Origin: the human T2T-CHM13v2.0 reference genome, Homo sapiens
Length of the DNA: 64,000 nt
Assembly (NCBI RefSeq): GCF_009914755.1
Contig: NC_060929.1
Reading direction: 5' to 3' (one strand)
Shown here: positions 14,403 to 26,935 of the stretch, piece by piece
How the letters are laid out: each line of letters starts with the position of its first letter
Numbering within the stretch: position 1 is the stretch's first letter
Translations under genes and position numbers: made by a program
The notes under the pieces: model-generated
Told to the model about the DNA's origin: nothing
The model's database searches: none
What the model saw: only the letters and a program-made list of their open reading frames with translations

Positions 14403-15412
14403 CCCTTACACATTTTACATATACAGTCAGTTCCCTGGAAAATGCTTGCCAGAAGTAAAGTGCTTGGGCAATAAGCCCAACTCGAAGGGTGCTAAGGTGG
14501 AATACATCCAAACATGCCCAAACACAGATGTAGAAATTTGCTCTTGCAGGATCTAGGGTGGTTAGGCAAGGGTGGGAAGAATCCTTTATCTCCTTTTTTA
14601 AAATTATCAATAAGTAAAGGGGGAAAAAGGATTTTATTTTACTTAAATTTAAATTAGGTTAGGTAGATTGTTAGTGACAGGTAAGGATATGAATAAGAAA
14701 AATACTGAATTATGTCTAGGTATATGTTTTACTTGCATTTTGACCTCTGCAGCTTCTTCAATGTGGTCCTCTGTCTTACAGTAAACATAATTTGATTTTT
14801 GAGTGGGATTGAGTATAGAACATAAGGTTCTTATTTGGAGCTCGAATTCTAGCATCTACTTAACTTTATGTGCTGAAGATTCACACCAAGACCTGGCACC
14901 TTTGAGGCAGCAGCCCTAAATAAGTCACCTCATATCCTTCCAATGTCTTTCTGATCTTTGCTTTCGAGCAAAAAATCTAGAAAAGTAAACATCCTCTGAA
15001 GGCTGGACTCAAGAATGCAAATTAAGTAGGTGAAAAAAAAATCACTGAATAAAGGGATTAATAAAAATTGAGTTCTAGTGTTAACCGATGGTGCTTCCTT
15101 AAAATTTTAATATTTGTCTGTAGATAAGACTAGATAGAAATCTGATAACTTGACTTTTATATATTGCAGTTGATTTTCAGTTCCTATATTTGGATTATAA
15201 TGTCCCCGTTAATAACAAAAAGGAAACTGACCTATCATGAACTATTCCTGCAACACATAAACACCACCACTAGACAGAATTAGCTAATTAAATTTGCAAG
15301 TTCTTTGGAGGGAGGTAAGGCAAAATGCACTGGCTGGTTTGATAATAATAGCTAGTATTTATTTACTGACCAAGGGCTCTGCTCATTTGATCTCATTTAA
15401 TCCGCACAACTA

Positions 15413-15490
15413 TTAGATTGGTGCAAAATAATCGTGGTTTTTGCCATCAAGAATAATGGCAAAAACCACGATTATTTTGCACCAACCTAA
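15413..15490. mobile_element. Complete MADE1 MITE inserted in a MIR
   Basis: Perfect 30-bp inverted arms at 15418-15447 and 15456-15485, with an 8-nt loop. Confidence 0.92.
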
Positions 15491-15762
15491 CACTTTTGAG
15501 ACAGGAACTGTAAATATATCCATTTCACAGATGAGGAAAGGGAAGCACAGGAGTGTTCGAAATTTGCCCAGTCTCACAGGTGGTAAGAACTGAGCTGGCA
15601 TCTAGCCCAGGCAGACTCACTCAAGAGCCAGGACATAAACCTCCTATCATTTCACTCAGCTGCCTCTCCCATTGAAAAGCCACTTTGGAAACAATCAAAA
15701 CATGAACATACTGAATCTCAGAACTTGAAGGATGCTAAGAATCATGAAATCCTCAAGTCCTC

Positions 15763-18067
15763 TGATATGGTTTGGCTGTGTACCCACCCAAATCTCATCT
15801 TGGATTGTGGCTCCCACAATTCCCGTGTGTTGTGGGAGGGACCAAGTGGGAGGTGATTGAATCACGGGAGTGCGTCTTTCCCATGTTGTTCTCATGATGG
15901 TGACTGGGTCTCACAAGATCTGATGGTTTTATAAAGGGGAATTTCCCTGCACAATCTCTCTTCTCTAGTCTGCTGCCATGTGAGACATGGCTTTCGCCTT
16001 CTGCCATGATTGTGAGGCTTCCCCATCCACATTGAACTGTGAGTCCATTGAATCTCTTTCTTTTGTAAATTGCCCAGTCTTGGGTATGTCTTTATCAGCA
16101 GCATGAAAATGGACTAATACAGTAAATTGGTACCAGGAGTGGGGTGCTGATGAAAAGATAACCGAAAATGTGGAAGTGACTTTGGAACTGAGTAACAGGC
16201 AGAGGTTGGAATAGTATGGAGGACTCAGAAGAAGACAGGAAGATGTGAGAAAGTTTGGAACTTTCTTAAGACTTGTTGAATGGCTTTGGCCAAAATGCTG
16301 ATAATGATATACACAGTAAAATCCAGGCTGAGGTGGTCTCAGATAGAGATGAGAAACTTGCTGGGAACTGGAGCAAAGGTGGCTCTTGTTATGATTTAGC
16401 AAAGAGATTGGTGGCATTTTACCCCTGCCTTAGAGATTTGTGGAACTTTCAACTGGAGAGAGATGATTTCGGGTATCTGATGGAAGAAATTTCCACCAGG
16501 AAGAAATTTCCACCATCAGGAAGAAATGTTAAGCAGCAAAGCATTCAAGAGGTGACTTTGGTGCTGTTAAAAGCATTTAGTTTTATAAGGAAAGCAGAGC
16601 ATAAAAGTTTGGAAAATTTGCAGCCTGACAATAAAATAGAAAAGAAAATCCCATTTTCTGAGGAGAAATTCAAGCTGGCTGCAGAAACTTCCATAAGTAA
16701 CAAGAAGCTGAATGTTAATCCCCAAGACAATGGAGAAAATGTCTCCAGGCCATGTTAGAGGTCTACGTGGCAGCTCCTTCTATCACAGGCCTGGAAGCCT
16801 AGGAGAAAAAATGGTTTTGTGAGCCAGACCCAGGGTCCCTGTACTATGTGCATCCTAGGGAATTGGTGCCGTGTGTCCCAGCTACTCCAGGCATGGCTGA
16901 AAGGAGCCAACATAGAGCTCAGGCCATAGCTTCAGAGGGTGCTTCCATGTGGTGTTAAGCCTGCGAGTACACAGAAGTCAAGAATTAAGGTTTGGGAACC
17001 TCCACCTAGATTACAGAGGATGTATGGAAATGCCTGGATGCCCAGGCAGAAGTTTGCTGCAAAGGCAGGGCCCTCATGGAGAACCTCTGCTAGAGCACTG
17101 CAGATGGGAAAAGTGGGGTTGGAGCCCCTGTGCAGAGTCCCTACTGGGGCACCAACTAGTAGAGCTGCGAGAAGAGGGCCAGCATCCCCAGACCCCAGAA
17201 CCAGAGATCCACCAACAGCTTGCACTGTGCACCTTGAAAAGCTGCAGACACTCAATGCCAGCCTGTGAAAGCAGATGGGAGGGAATCTGTACTTAGCAAA
17301 GCCACAGCAGTGGAGCTTCCCAAGACCATGGGAACCTACCTCTTGCACCAGCATGACCTGGATGTGAGACATGGATTCAAAGGAGATCATTTTGGAGCTT
17401 TAAGATTTTAGTGCCCCACTGTATTTCAGACTTGCATGGGGCCTGTAGCCCCTTTGTTTTGCTCAATTTCTTCCATTTGGAATGGCCATATTTACCCAAT
17501 GCCTATACCCTCATTTTATCTAGAAACTAATTAACTTGCTTTTGATTTTACAGGCTCATAGGCAGAAGGGACTTGCCTTGTCTCAGATGAGATGTTGGAC
17601 TGTGGACTTTTGATTTAATACCAAAAGGAGTTAAGACTTTTGAGGGACTGTTGGGAAGGTATTATTGGTTTTAAAATGTGAGGACGTGAGATTTGGGAGA
17701 AGCCAGAGGTGGAAGGATATGGTTTGGCTGTGTCCCCACCCAAACCTCGTATTGCGGCTCCCACAGTTCCCATGTGTTGTGGGAGAAACCCGGTTGGAGG
17801 TGGTTTAATCATGGGGTGGGTGTTCCCCATGCTATTCTCATGATGGTGAATGGGTCTCAAAAGATCTGATGGTTTTATAAAGGGGAGTTTCCCTGTACAA
17901 GCTCTCTTCTCTTGTCTGCCACCATGTGAGATGTGCCTTTCCCCTTCTGCCATGATTGTGAGTCCTCCCTAGTCACGTAGAATTGTGAGTCCATTAAACC
18001 TCTTTCTTTTGCAAATTGCCAAGTCTTCAGTATGTATTTACCAGCAGTGTGAAAATGGGCTAATACA
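15763..18067 (+). mobile_element. Full-structure THE1 MaLR element: LTR 15763-16121, internal 16122-17714, LTR 17715-18067
   Basis: Two similar LTRs (gatatggtttggctgtg...ctaataca). The internal region begins gtaaattggtacc. The flanks tcctc/tcccc are a 5-bp TSD with one mismatch. Confidence 0.93.
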
Positions 18068-18338
18068 TCCCCTCTAAAATGAAGTGTGTATCCAAACCCA
18101 CTTAATTTTTCTAGGGATTTGGAATTCACCAGGTCCTACTGCAGTACATTCTAAACTTAAGGGCATCCTAAAGTTAAGAAAGTTTCCTCTAAAAATCAAT
18201 TTTCGGTAACTTGTAGTTTTTCCCTCTGGCTTAATTTAAATTTCTATCTAATTCTTTTTCTGCATAGTGGTTCTAGTGATATCTGAAGAGAGCTTTTACA
18301 TCCCTCTGAAGTCTTATTTTCTGCAGGTAAAAAATTCC

Positions 18339-18538
18339 CTGTTGCTCTCAACCAGGGGTGACTTTGCTCACCAGGGGACATTTGACAATGTCTGGAGACT
18401 TTGTTGTTGTTGTCACAATTGGGAAGGAAATGCTACTGGCATCCAGTGGGTAGAGGTCAGGAATGCTGCTCAACGTTCTACAGTGCCCCAATAACAATAC
18501 TGGTCTATGTCAGTAGTGCTGAGATTGAGGACCCCTGG
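18339..18538 (+). mobile_element. MER20 (hAT-Charlie)
   Basis: ctcaaccaggggtgactttgc...ggggacatttgacaatgtctggagac...ggcatccagtgggtagagg. Confidence 0.85.
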
Positions 18539-19288
18539 TTTAGATGAGAGGATTTTCACCAATAGCAGGAGTGGAGCTCCTTGTCCTCTGTATGTGCTAT
18601 AACATGTCGTTATCTCTTAAGAGTGGGGTGCCACAAGGACAGCACTATGTTCTGGTGCATCCTATATGGACCAAAAACCACTGCATTGCCTTCCACTTTG
18701 CTCACCATAACTTAATATAGCTTAGGGGATACCCAGAAGCACAGGACACCTGTGCCCCTAAAAAAGAAAATGATCTAGGACAAGAGGTGGGAAAACCGTC
18801 CCCCAACTGATGTATAAGTTCCATGAGGACAGCAATGTTTGCCTTGTTCTGCTTTGTGTCCATGATGGCTAGTACAATGCCAGATATATTGTGGATACTG
18901 ACAAACTGGATTTTTAAAATGTAATAAACTCTCAATCACTACCAAGTACAATAAATTCCATTAAAATATGTTACCAGGTTTTGGAGATGTGAACAGGCAT
19001 ATCTAGCAGAGGGATGGGGAAAGGCTTTCTTCAATAGCGGTTTTTTAAGTCAAATGTTAGAGACTGGATCAGGATGGTGGAGGAGAAAGTGTAATCTAGG
19101 TGCTGTAGACAGCATGGCCAAGGCCTGAAGAGAGAAATTATATATATGAAATACATACCCATAAATGTATATTCCTATATCTATATAGCCCTATAAACAT
19201 AAGAGTAAAGTTAATGAAATTGTAGGGTGTTCACAAGGAAGTAGACAAAAATAAGCCTAAAAAGGCTGACTGGGGCACGTCTCAGAGC

Positions 19289-19449
19289 AGTGGTTCTCAA
19301 ATTGTATCATCTGTCAGAATCACTTAAAGGATTTGTTGAAACACAGATTGCTGGTAGGTCTGGAGTGAGGCCCAATAATTTGCATTTTTGATATGTTCCC
19401 AGGTGATGCTGTTGCTAGTGGATTGGAGAACACACTTTGAGAACCATTG
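19289..19449 (+). mobile_element. MER5A
   Basis: Terminal inverted repeats cagtggttctcaaa...tttgagaaccattg. Confidence 0.8.
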
Positions 19450-20659
19450 TCTTAGAGGTTTTGAATGTTAGGCTAGGAGGAGTTACCAAAAGATTTTTAA
19501 GCTGGAAAACGTCCATCGTAATCAATATTGCTGTGTGCTTTTCTAAAGAAGCTGAATTAAAACGAAGTCAAGAGAAAGAGTTGTTGATTCATATGCTAGG
19601 TAGACAGTGTTTAACAGGAAAAGTAATTGTCTCATCTCAGGAATACATGAATCAGCAAAATTTGTTCTCCAGCCTTCCATTGGGTATCTCCCATTCTTCC
19701 TTAACCAGAAAACTTTTACAAAGTAGTTAAATGAATGTTCAAATGATGAGTGAGGTTCCAGATGGCCAGGATTAACTAAAATGAAGCAAGGATATTTACA
19801 AAGTAATTTCTTATGCAAAACATTTCAAAAGTATTGCTCATAAAACTCCATTAAAATCTGCTTTTGTAGACCCAGCCACCAGCTTCTCCCACTGCAGCCA
19901 TGTGCAAATGTGTGATCAAATTGCTTTTAAATGTCTCTGGGGACACAATTTACTTTGACAACTCTTAGTAGGCAGCCATGTATTTTAAGCTCCATGCTAA
20001 TCCCTTCCGTGCTCCTTCTGCAATTAAGGAAAATTCTACTTCCTCACTTCCTGCCCTCCCAACCACAGAAAAGGCACAAGAAGCAATGATAATAAGTTGG
20101 AATTCTAGACTGTCAGAATTGGAGGAGATAGTAGCAGTCAACTTTACGTCTTCACCATTGGGTACCAACTTTCCCTGCCTTAACTCCTTAGTAGCTCTGT
20201 GGTCTTAGAATCAGTTACTAACCTCAAGAAGATCCAGTTTCTTCATCTTTAAAGTTAGAATAATTATGTCAACCTCCAATTATGCCTCTCCTTCACTGTG
20301 AGAATTGATGAAATAATATGTTTAAAACATAGGAAGTTCTTGGCACATAAATATCTGTTTAATACATATTATTATAAACAGACTCAAATATATTTTGGAA
20401 TTATGAGCTCTACATTATTTAACAAATAATAAAAAGCCACTTGGTTCAACATCTTTCCCTAACAGTTGATTCTAAGAAATATAAAGGTGAATGAATTGGT
20501 CTCTAAAGGCAAATGAAAGCATTAAGACCATATTTGTTATGTGCAATGGAGGTGGTTACATGTAAGATCTAGTAATCATACATTGTCGCTTAAGCTGCTG
20601 AGTTTTGATGTAGATGTTACATGCCAATAGATAACAACAGGGTAAACAGGTCATGTATA

Positions 20660-23600
20660 GCTTGGCAAAACCTTCCAACTGGGTTCCCTGGCCACCTCTT
20701 AATAGGTGCATTTGGGCTGGTAACAGGTATGTACCTTCCTGGGATGAAGCTCCCAGAGTGAGGGGCAGGCTGCCATCTTTGCTGTTTTGCACTTTTCACT
20801 CTTGATACCTCCATGTAGTGGGAGATCCAAGGTGACTAGCAACTGGAGCAGGCCCCCAGCATACTGCAGTAGCCATATGTTAAAGTAGCCAGACTTAAGT
20901 GGGTACCTGTTCCCATATCTCCTCACCAGGCAGGTCCTCCAGGCCTGGGCCTCCAGCCATCCCCTGCCAGAGGTATTGAGCCAGTAGCAACTCAGGACCT
21001 CCCGGGACAGAGACTCCAGGGGCAACTGAAAGCCTCTCTGCCACTGCTTCTGCAGTGGAACTGCCCTTGCTACCCTTGGACTAATGAAGGAGTAAAGACC
21101 CTAAGTGCCTTCTCTACACCTCCAACAAGCTGCACTTGACCCAAGGAGAGGAGGCCAGACCATCTCTCATGGGTCCCACCTACTCCTTCTGCTTGCACCA
21201 GACAGGTAACCCCTAACTTGGGCCCCAGCACATACCCTTCAGTCTGGGCTGACTGCACTGAGCAATTCCTGACCTCAATCTCTCTGGGGTGGAGCCTCCA
21301 AGAGATAAGCAAAAGACCCTTGTCCACAACCACTACTAAGGTCCCTTCCTCTGCTGCCTCCAAGTGGAGGAAGGAATATGAATACTGAGATTGCCCCAGA
21401 GCTACAGTCAGCAGCCCAGGAGTTCCAAGCCATGATCTGCAGCCAGCATGCAAGTGGGAGAGGAACCCACACCTTCAGAGCATTTAGAGGGAACACAGCT
21501 GCAACTGTGAGGAAACAGGGGAGCCACACAACTGAGCAAGAGTCTACCAATTGACCATATGTCTAAGTGCCACCCACAGGACCACACCTCGAAGCTTAAG
21601 CATCAAAAATACCTCATTTATATACCCACCTCTGAAACCAAAGACAAGAAGTCAGCTTCAAATAAAGACTGTACACAATGCCTTGGCCCTGTGAAAGCAG
21701 GCAGGAAAGGAGTCTATTGACTGTATTCAATCTACACTGCAGTTAAAGGAATACCCACATACAGAGATGAGAAACAACCAATGCAAAAACTCTGGTAATT
21801 CAAATGACCAGAGCATTGTTATGTTTCCAAATGACTGCACCAGTTCTCCAACGAGAGTTCTTAACCAGGCTGAGCTGGCTGAAATGACAGAAATATAATT
21901 CAGAATATGAATAGGAATGAAGAGTATCAAGATTCAGCAAAATGGCAAAACCCAATCCAAGGAAACCAAGACACACAATAAAATGATACAGAAGCTGAAG
22001 GATGAAATAGCCAGTATAAAAAAAGAACATAATGGATCTGACAGAGCTGACTAACACAACACAAGAATTTCTCAATGCATTCAGAAATTTAACAGCAGAA
22101 TAAATCAAGCTGAGGAAACTTTCTCAGAACTTGAAGATTGTCTCTCTAAAATAAGACAGTTAGACAAAAATAAAGACAAAATAATTAAAAGGAATAAGGA
22201 AAACCTCTGAGAAGTATAGGATTATGAAAAGAGGCCAAATCTACAAATCACTGGCATCCCTGAAAGGGATGGGGAGAAAGCAAACAACTTGGAAAACATA
22301 TTTCAGAAAATGATTTATGGAAACTCCCCCAACCTTGCTAGAGGCCAACAGTCAAATTCAGGAAATATAGAGAACTCCTGCAAGATTCTACACAAGAAGA
22401 CCATCCCCAAGACACATAATCATCAGATATTTTAAGATAAAAATGAAAGAAAGAATGTTAAACACAGCTAGAGAGAGAGAGAGGAGGTCACCTACAAAGG
22501 GAACACCATTAGTCTGAAAGCAGACTTCTCACCTGAAACCCTACAGACCAGAAAGAATCGTAGTCCTATAATCAACATTCTTAAAGAAATATCTTCAACC
22601 AAGAATTTCATATCCAGCCAAACTAAGCTTCCTAAGTGAAGGAGAAATAAGATTCTTTTCAGATAAGCAAATATTGAGGGAGTTTGTTACCACCAGACCT
22701 GCTTTACAAGAGATCTTGAAAGGAGCACTAAATATAGAAAGGAAAGACTGCTACCAGATTATACAAAAACACACTTAAATACACAGACCAATGATATATA
22801 AAGCAACTACACAAACAAGCCAGCATAATAACCAGCTAACAACACAATGACAGAATCAAATCCACACATATCAACATTAACCATGAATGTAAATGGATTA
22901 AATGCCTCACTTAAAAGTCACAGAGTGGCAAGCTGGATTAAAAAAAAAAAGTGTGACCCAATGGTATGCTGTCTTAAAGACACTCATCTCACACGTAATG
23001 ATACCCATAGACTTAAAATAAAGGAATGGAGGAAAGTCTACCAAGCAAATGGAAAACAGAAAAAAACAGGGATTGCAATCCTAATTTCAGGCAAAATAGA
23101 CTTCAAACTAACAAAGATCAAAAAGCACAAAGAAGGGCATTACATAATTGCAAAGAGTTCAATTCAACAAGACCTAGCTATCCTAAATATATATGCACTC
23201 AACACAGAAGCACCCAGATTCATAAAGCAAGTTCTTAGAGACCTACAAAGAGACAACAATGCCCACACAATAATAGTGGAAGGCTTCAGCACTTCATTGA
23301 CAGCACTAGACAGATCACTGAGGCAGAAAATTAACAAAGATACTCAGGACCTGAACTCAACATTGACCAAATGGACCTGATAGACTTCTACAGAACTCTC
23401 CACCCCAAAACAACAGAATATACATTCTTCTCATCACCACATGGCACATACTCTTAAATCAATCACGTAATTGGACATAAAACAATCCTCAACAAATGCA
23501 AAAGAACTAAAATCATATCAAACACACTTTCAGACCACGATGCAATAAAAATAGAAGTCAAGGCTAAGAAAATTACTCAAAGTCATGCAATTACATGGAA

Positions 23601-26600
23601 ATTAAAAAATATGCTCCTGAATGATGTGTGGGTAAGTAATAAGATTAAGGCAGAAATCAAGAAGTTCTTTGAAACTAATGAGAAGAAAGATATAACATAC
23701 CAGGATCTATGGGACACAGCAAAGGCAGTATTGAGAGGAAATTCATAGCACTAAATGCTCACATCAAAAAGTTATAAAGATCTCAAATGAACAACCTGAC
23801 ATCACAACTGAAAGAATTAGAGAAGCAAGAAAAAAATCAACCCCAAAAATAGCAGAGGACAAGAAATAACCAAAATCAGAACTGAATTGAAGGAAATCAA
23901 GACACAAAAAAACATTCAAAAGATCAATGAACCCAGAAGTTAGGTTTTTGAAAACATGAAGAAGATAGATAGGATACTAGCTAAAGTAATAAAGAAGAAA
24001 AGAGAGAGATCTGAATAAACACAATTAGAAATGACAAAGAGGATGCTACCACTGATCCCACAGAAACAAAACTAATCAGAAACTACTATAAAGACCTCTA
24101 TGCACACTAACTAGAAAACCTAGAAGAGATGGATAAATTCCCGGACACATACACCCTCCCAACACTGAACCAGGAAGAAACTGATTCCCTGAACAGACCA
24201 ATGATTAGCTCTGAAATTAAATCAGTAATAGACAGCCTACCAACCAAGAAAAGCCCACACCTGATGGATTCACAGCCTAATTCCACCAGATGTACAAAGA
24301 ATACCTGGTACCATTCCTACTGAAACTATTCCAAAAAATTGAGGAGGAGAGACTCCTCCCCAACCCATCGTATGAGACCAGCATCGTCTTGATACCAACA
24401 CCTGGCAGAGAAACAACAACAAGAAGTCAGGCCAGTATCCTTACATGAATATCAATGCAAAAATCCCTAACAAATTACTTGCAAACTGAATCCAGCAGCA
24501 CATCATATAGCTAATCCACCACAATCAAGTAAGCTTCAGCCTCAGGATTCAAGGTTGGTTCAACATACACAAACCAACAAATGTGATTCATCACATAAAC
24601 AGAACTAAAGACAAAAACCACATGATAATCTCAATAGAAGCAGAAAAAGGCTTTCAATAAAATTCAATAGCTCTTTATGTTAAAAATTCTCAAAAAAAAC
24701 TAGGTATTGAGGGAACATATCTCAAAATAATAAGAGCCATCTATGACAAACTCGCAGCCAACATCATAATGAAATGGCAAAAGCTGGAAGCATTCCCCTT
24801 TACAAATGGCACAAGACAAGAATGCCCTCCCTCTTCTAATAGTATTGGAAGTCCTAGCCAGAGCAATCAGGCAAGAGAAAGAAATAAGGAGCACCCAAAT
24901 AGGAAGAAAGGAAGTTCAACTATGCTTTTTTTTGAAGATAACATGATTCTATATCTAGAAAACCCCATAGTATTGCCCCAAAAGCTCCTTCAGCTGATAA
25001 ACAACTTCAGCAAAGTTTCAGGATACAAAATCAATGTACAAAAATCACTAGCATTCCTATATACCTACGACAGCCAAGCTAAGAGCCAAATCAGGAAGGC
25101 AATCCCATTCACAACTGCCGCAAAAAGAATAAAATGCCAGGAATCCACCTAACCAGGGAGGCGAAAGAGCTCTACAATGAGAATTACAAAACACTGATCA
25201 AAGAAATCAGAGATGACACAAAGAAATGGAAAAACATTGCATGTTCATAGCTGGGAAGAATGAATATTGTTAAAATGGATGTACTGTCCAAAGTAATTTG
25301 CAGATTCAATGCTATTTCTATCAAACTACCAAAAACATTCTTTGCAGAAGTAGAAGAAAAACTATTTTAAAATTAATATGGAACCAAAAAAAAGCCCAAA
25401 TAACGAAGTCAATCCTAAGCAAAAAGAACAAAGCTGGAGGCGTCACCTCACCTGACTTCAACCTATACTACAGGGCTACAGTAACCAAAACAGCATGGTA
25501 CTGGTATGAAAACAGAAACATAGACCAGTGGAGCAGAATAGAGGGTCAGAGATAAGACCACACACCTACAGCTATCTAATCTTTGACAAAGCTGACAAAA
25601 ACAGGCAATTGGGAAAAGATTCCCTATTCAATAAATGGTGCTGGGTAACTGGCTAGCCATATGCAGATGATTGAAGCTGGACCCCTTTCTTACACCATAT
25701 ACAAAAGCCAACTGAAGATGGATTAAAGACTTAAATGTAAAACCCAAAACTATAAAAACTCTGGAAGAGAAACTAGGTAATACCATCCTGGACATAGGAA
25801 CAGGCAAAGATTTCATTACGAAGACACCAAAAGCAATCACAACAAAAGCAAAAATTAACAAGTGGGATCTAAACTTAAGAACCTCTACACAGCAAAAGAA
25901 ACTATCAACAGAGCAAACAGACCCTACAGAATAGGAGAAAGTATCTTCAAACTATGCATCTGACAAAGGTCTAATATCCAGCATTTATAAGGAACTTAAA
26001 CAAATTTACAATAAAAAAGTCAAACAACCCCATTAAAAAATGGTCAAAGGACATGAACAGACACTTTTCAAAAGAGGACATATATGCAGCCAACAAGCAT
26101 ATAAAAAAGAGCTCAATATCACTGATCGTTAAAGAAATGCAAATCAAAACCACAATGGGATACCATCTCATACCAGTCACAATGGCTATTATTGAAAAGT
26201 CAAAAAATGACACATGCTGGCGAAGTTGAGGAAAAAAGGGAACATTTATACACTGTTGGAGGGAATGTAAATTAGTTCAACCATTGTGGAAACACTATGG
26301 CGATTCCTCAAAGAGCTAAAAGCAGAACTATCATTCAACCCAGCAATCCCATTACTCGGTATATACTCAGAGGAGTATAAATCGTTCTACCATAAAGACA
26401 CATGCACCCAAATGTTTTTTGCAGCACCCTTCACAATGGTGAAGACATAGAATCAACCTAAATGCCCATGAATGACCGATTAGATAACAAAAATGTGGTA
26501 CATATACACTATGGAATACTATGCAGCCATGAAAAATAACAAAATCATGTCTTTTGCAGGAACATGGATGGAGCTATAGGCCATTATCCTCAGGAAACTA

Positions 26601-26875
26601 ATGCAGAAGGAGAAAACCAAATACTGCATGTTCTCGTTTATAAATGGGAGCTAAATGACGAGAACTCATGAACACAAAAAAGGGAACAAAAGACATTGCG
26701 TCTACTTAAGAGTGGAGGCTGGGAGGAGGGAGAGGAGTAGAAAATCATATTAGGTACTGGGCTTATTAATACTTGGGTGATGAAATAATGTATACAACGA
26801 ACCCCTGTGACACAGTTCAACTATATAACAAATCTTCAAATATACACCCAAACCTAAAATAAAATTTTAGGTTTT
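20660..26875 (+). mobile_element. Near full-length, inactive LINE-1 (L1PA13-16 age class), antisense to HTR4
   Basis: GC-rich 5'UTR, ORF1 remnant at about 21770-22790, ORF2 endonuclease start at 22847 (MTESNPHISTLTMNVNGLN), RT fragments ([12 protein letters not shown]; [11 protein letters not shown]), 3'UTR and A-rich tail. Many stops and frameshifts. The 5' boundary is approximate. Confidence 0.93.
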
Positions 26876-26881
26876 ATTTTA

Positions 26882-26933
<52 letters not shown>
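26882..26933. repeat. (TG)4(TA)~22 microsatellite at the L1 tail
   Basis: Read directly. Confidence 0.95.

Positions 26934-26935
<2 letters not shown>

Noticed and set aside
16273-17390. ORFs of 109-161 aa
   Set aside because: Fragments of the THE1 internal region with stops and frameshifts. No evidence of a gene.
22847-25555. Endonuclease and reverse transcriptase ORFs as a possible novel RT system
   Set aside because: Ordinary broken LINE-1 ORF2.
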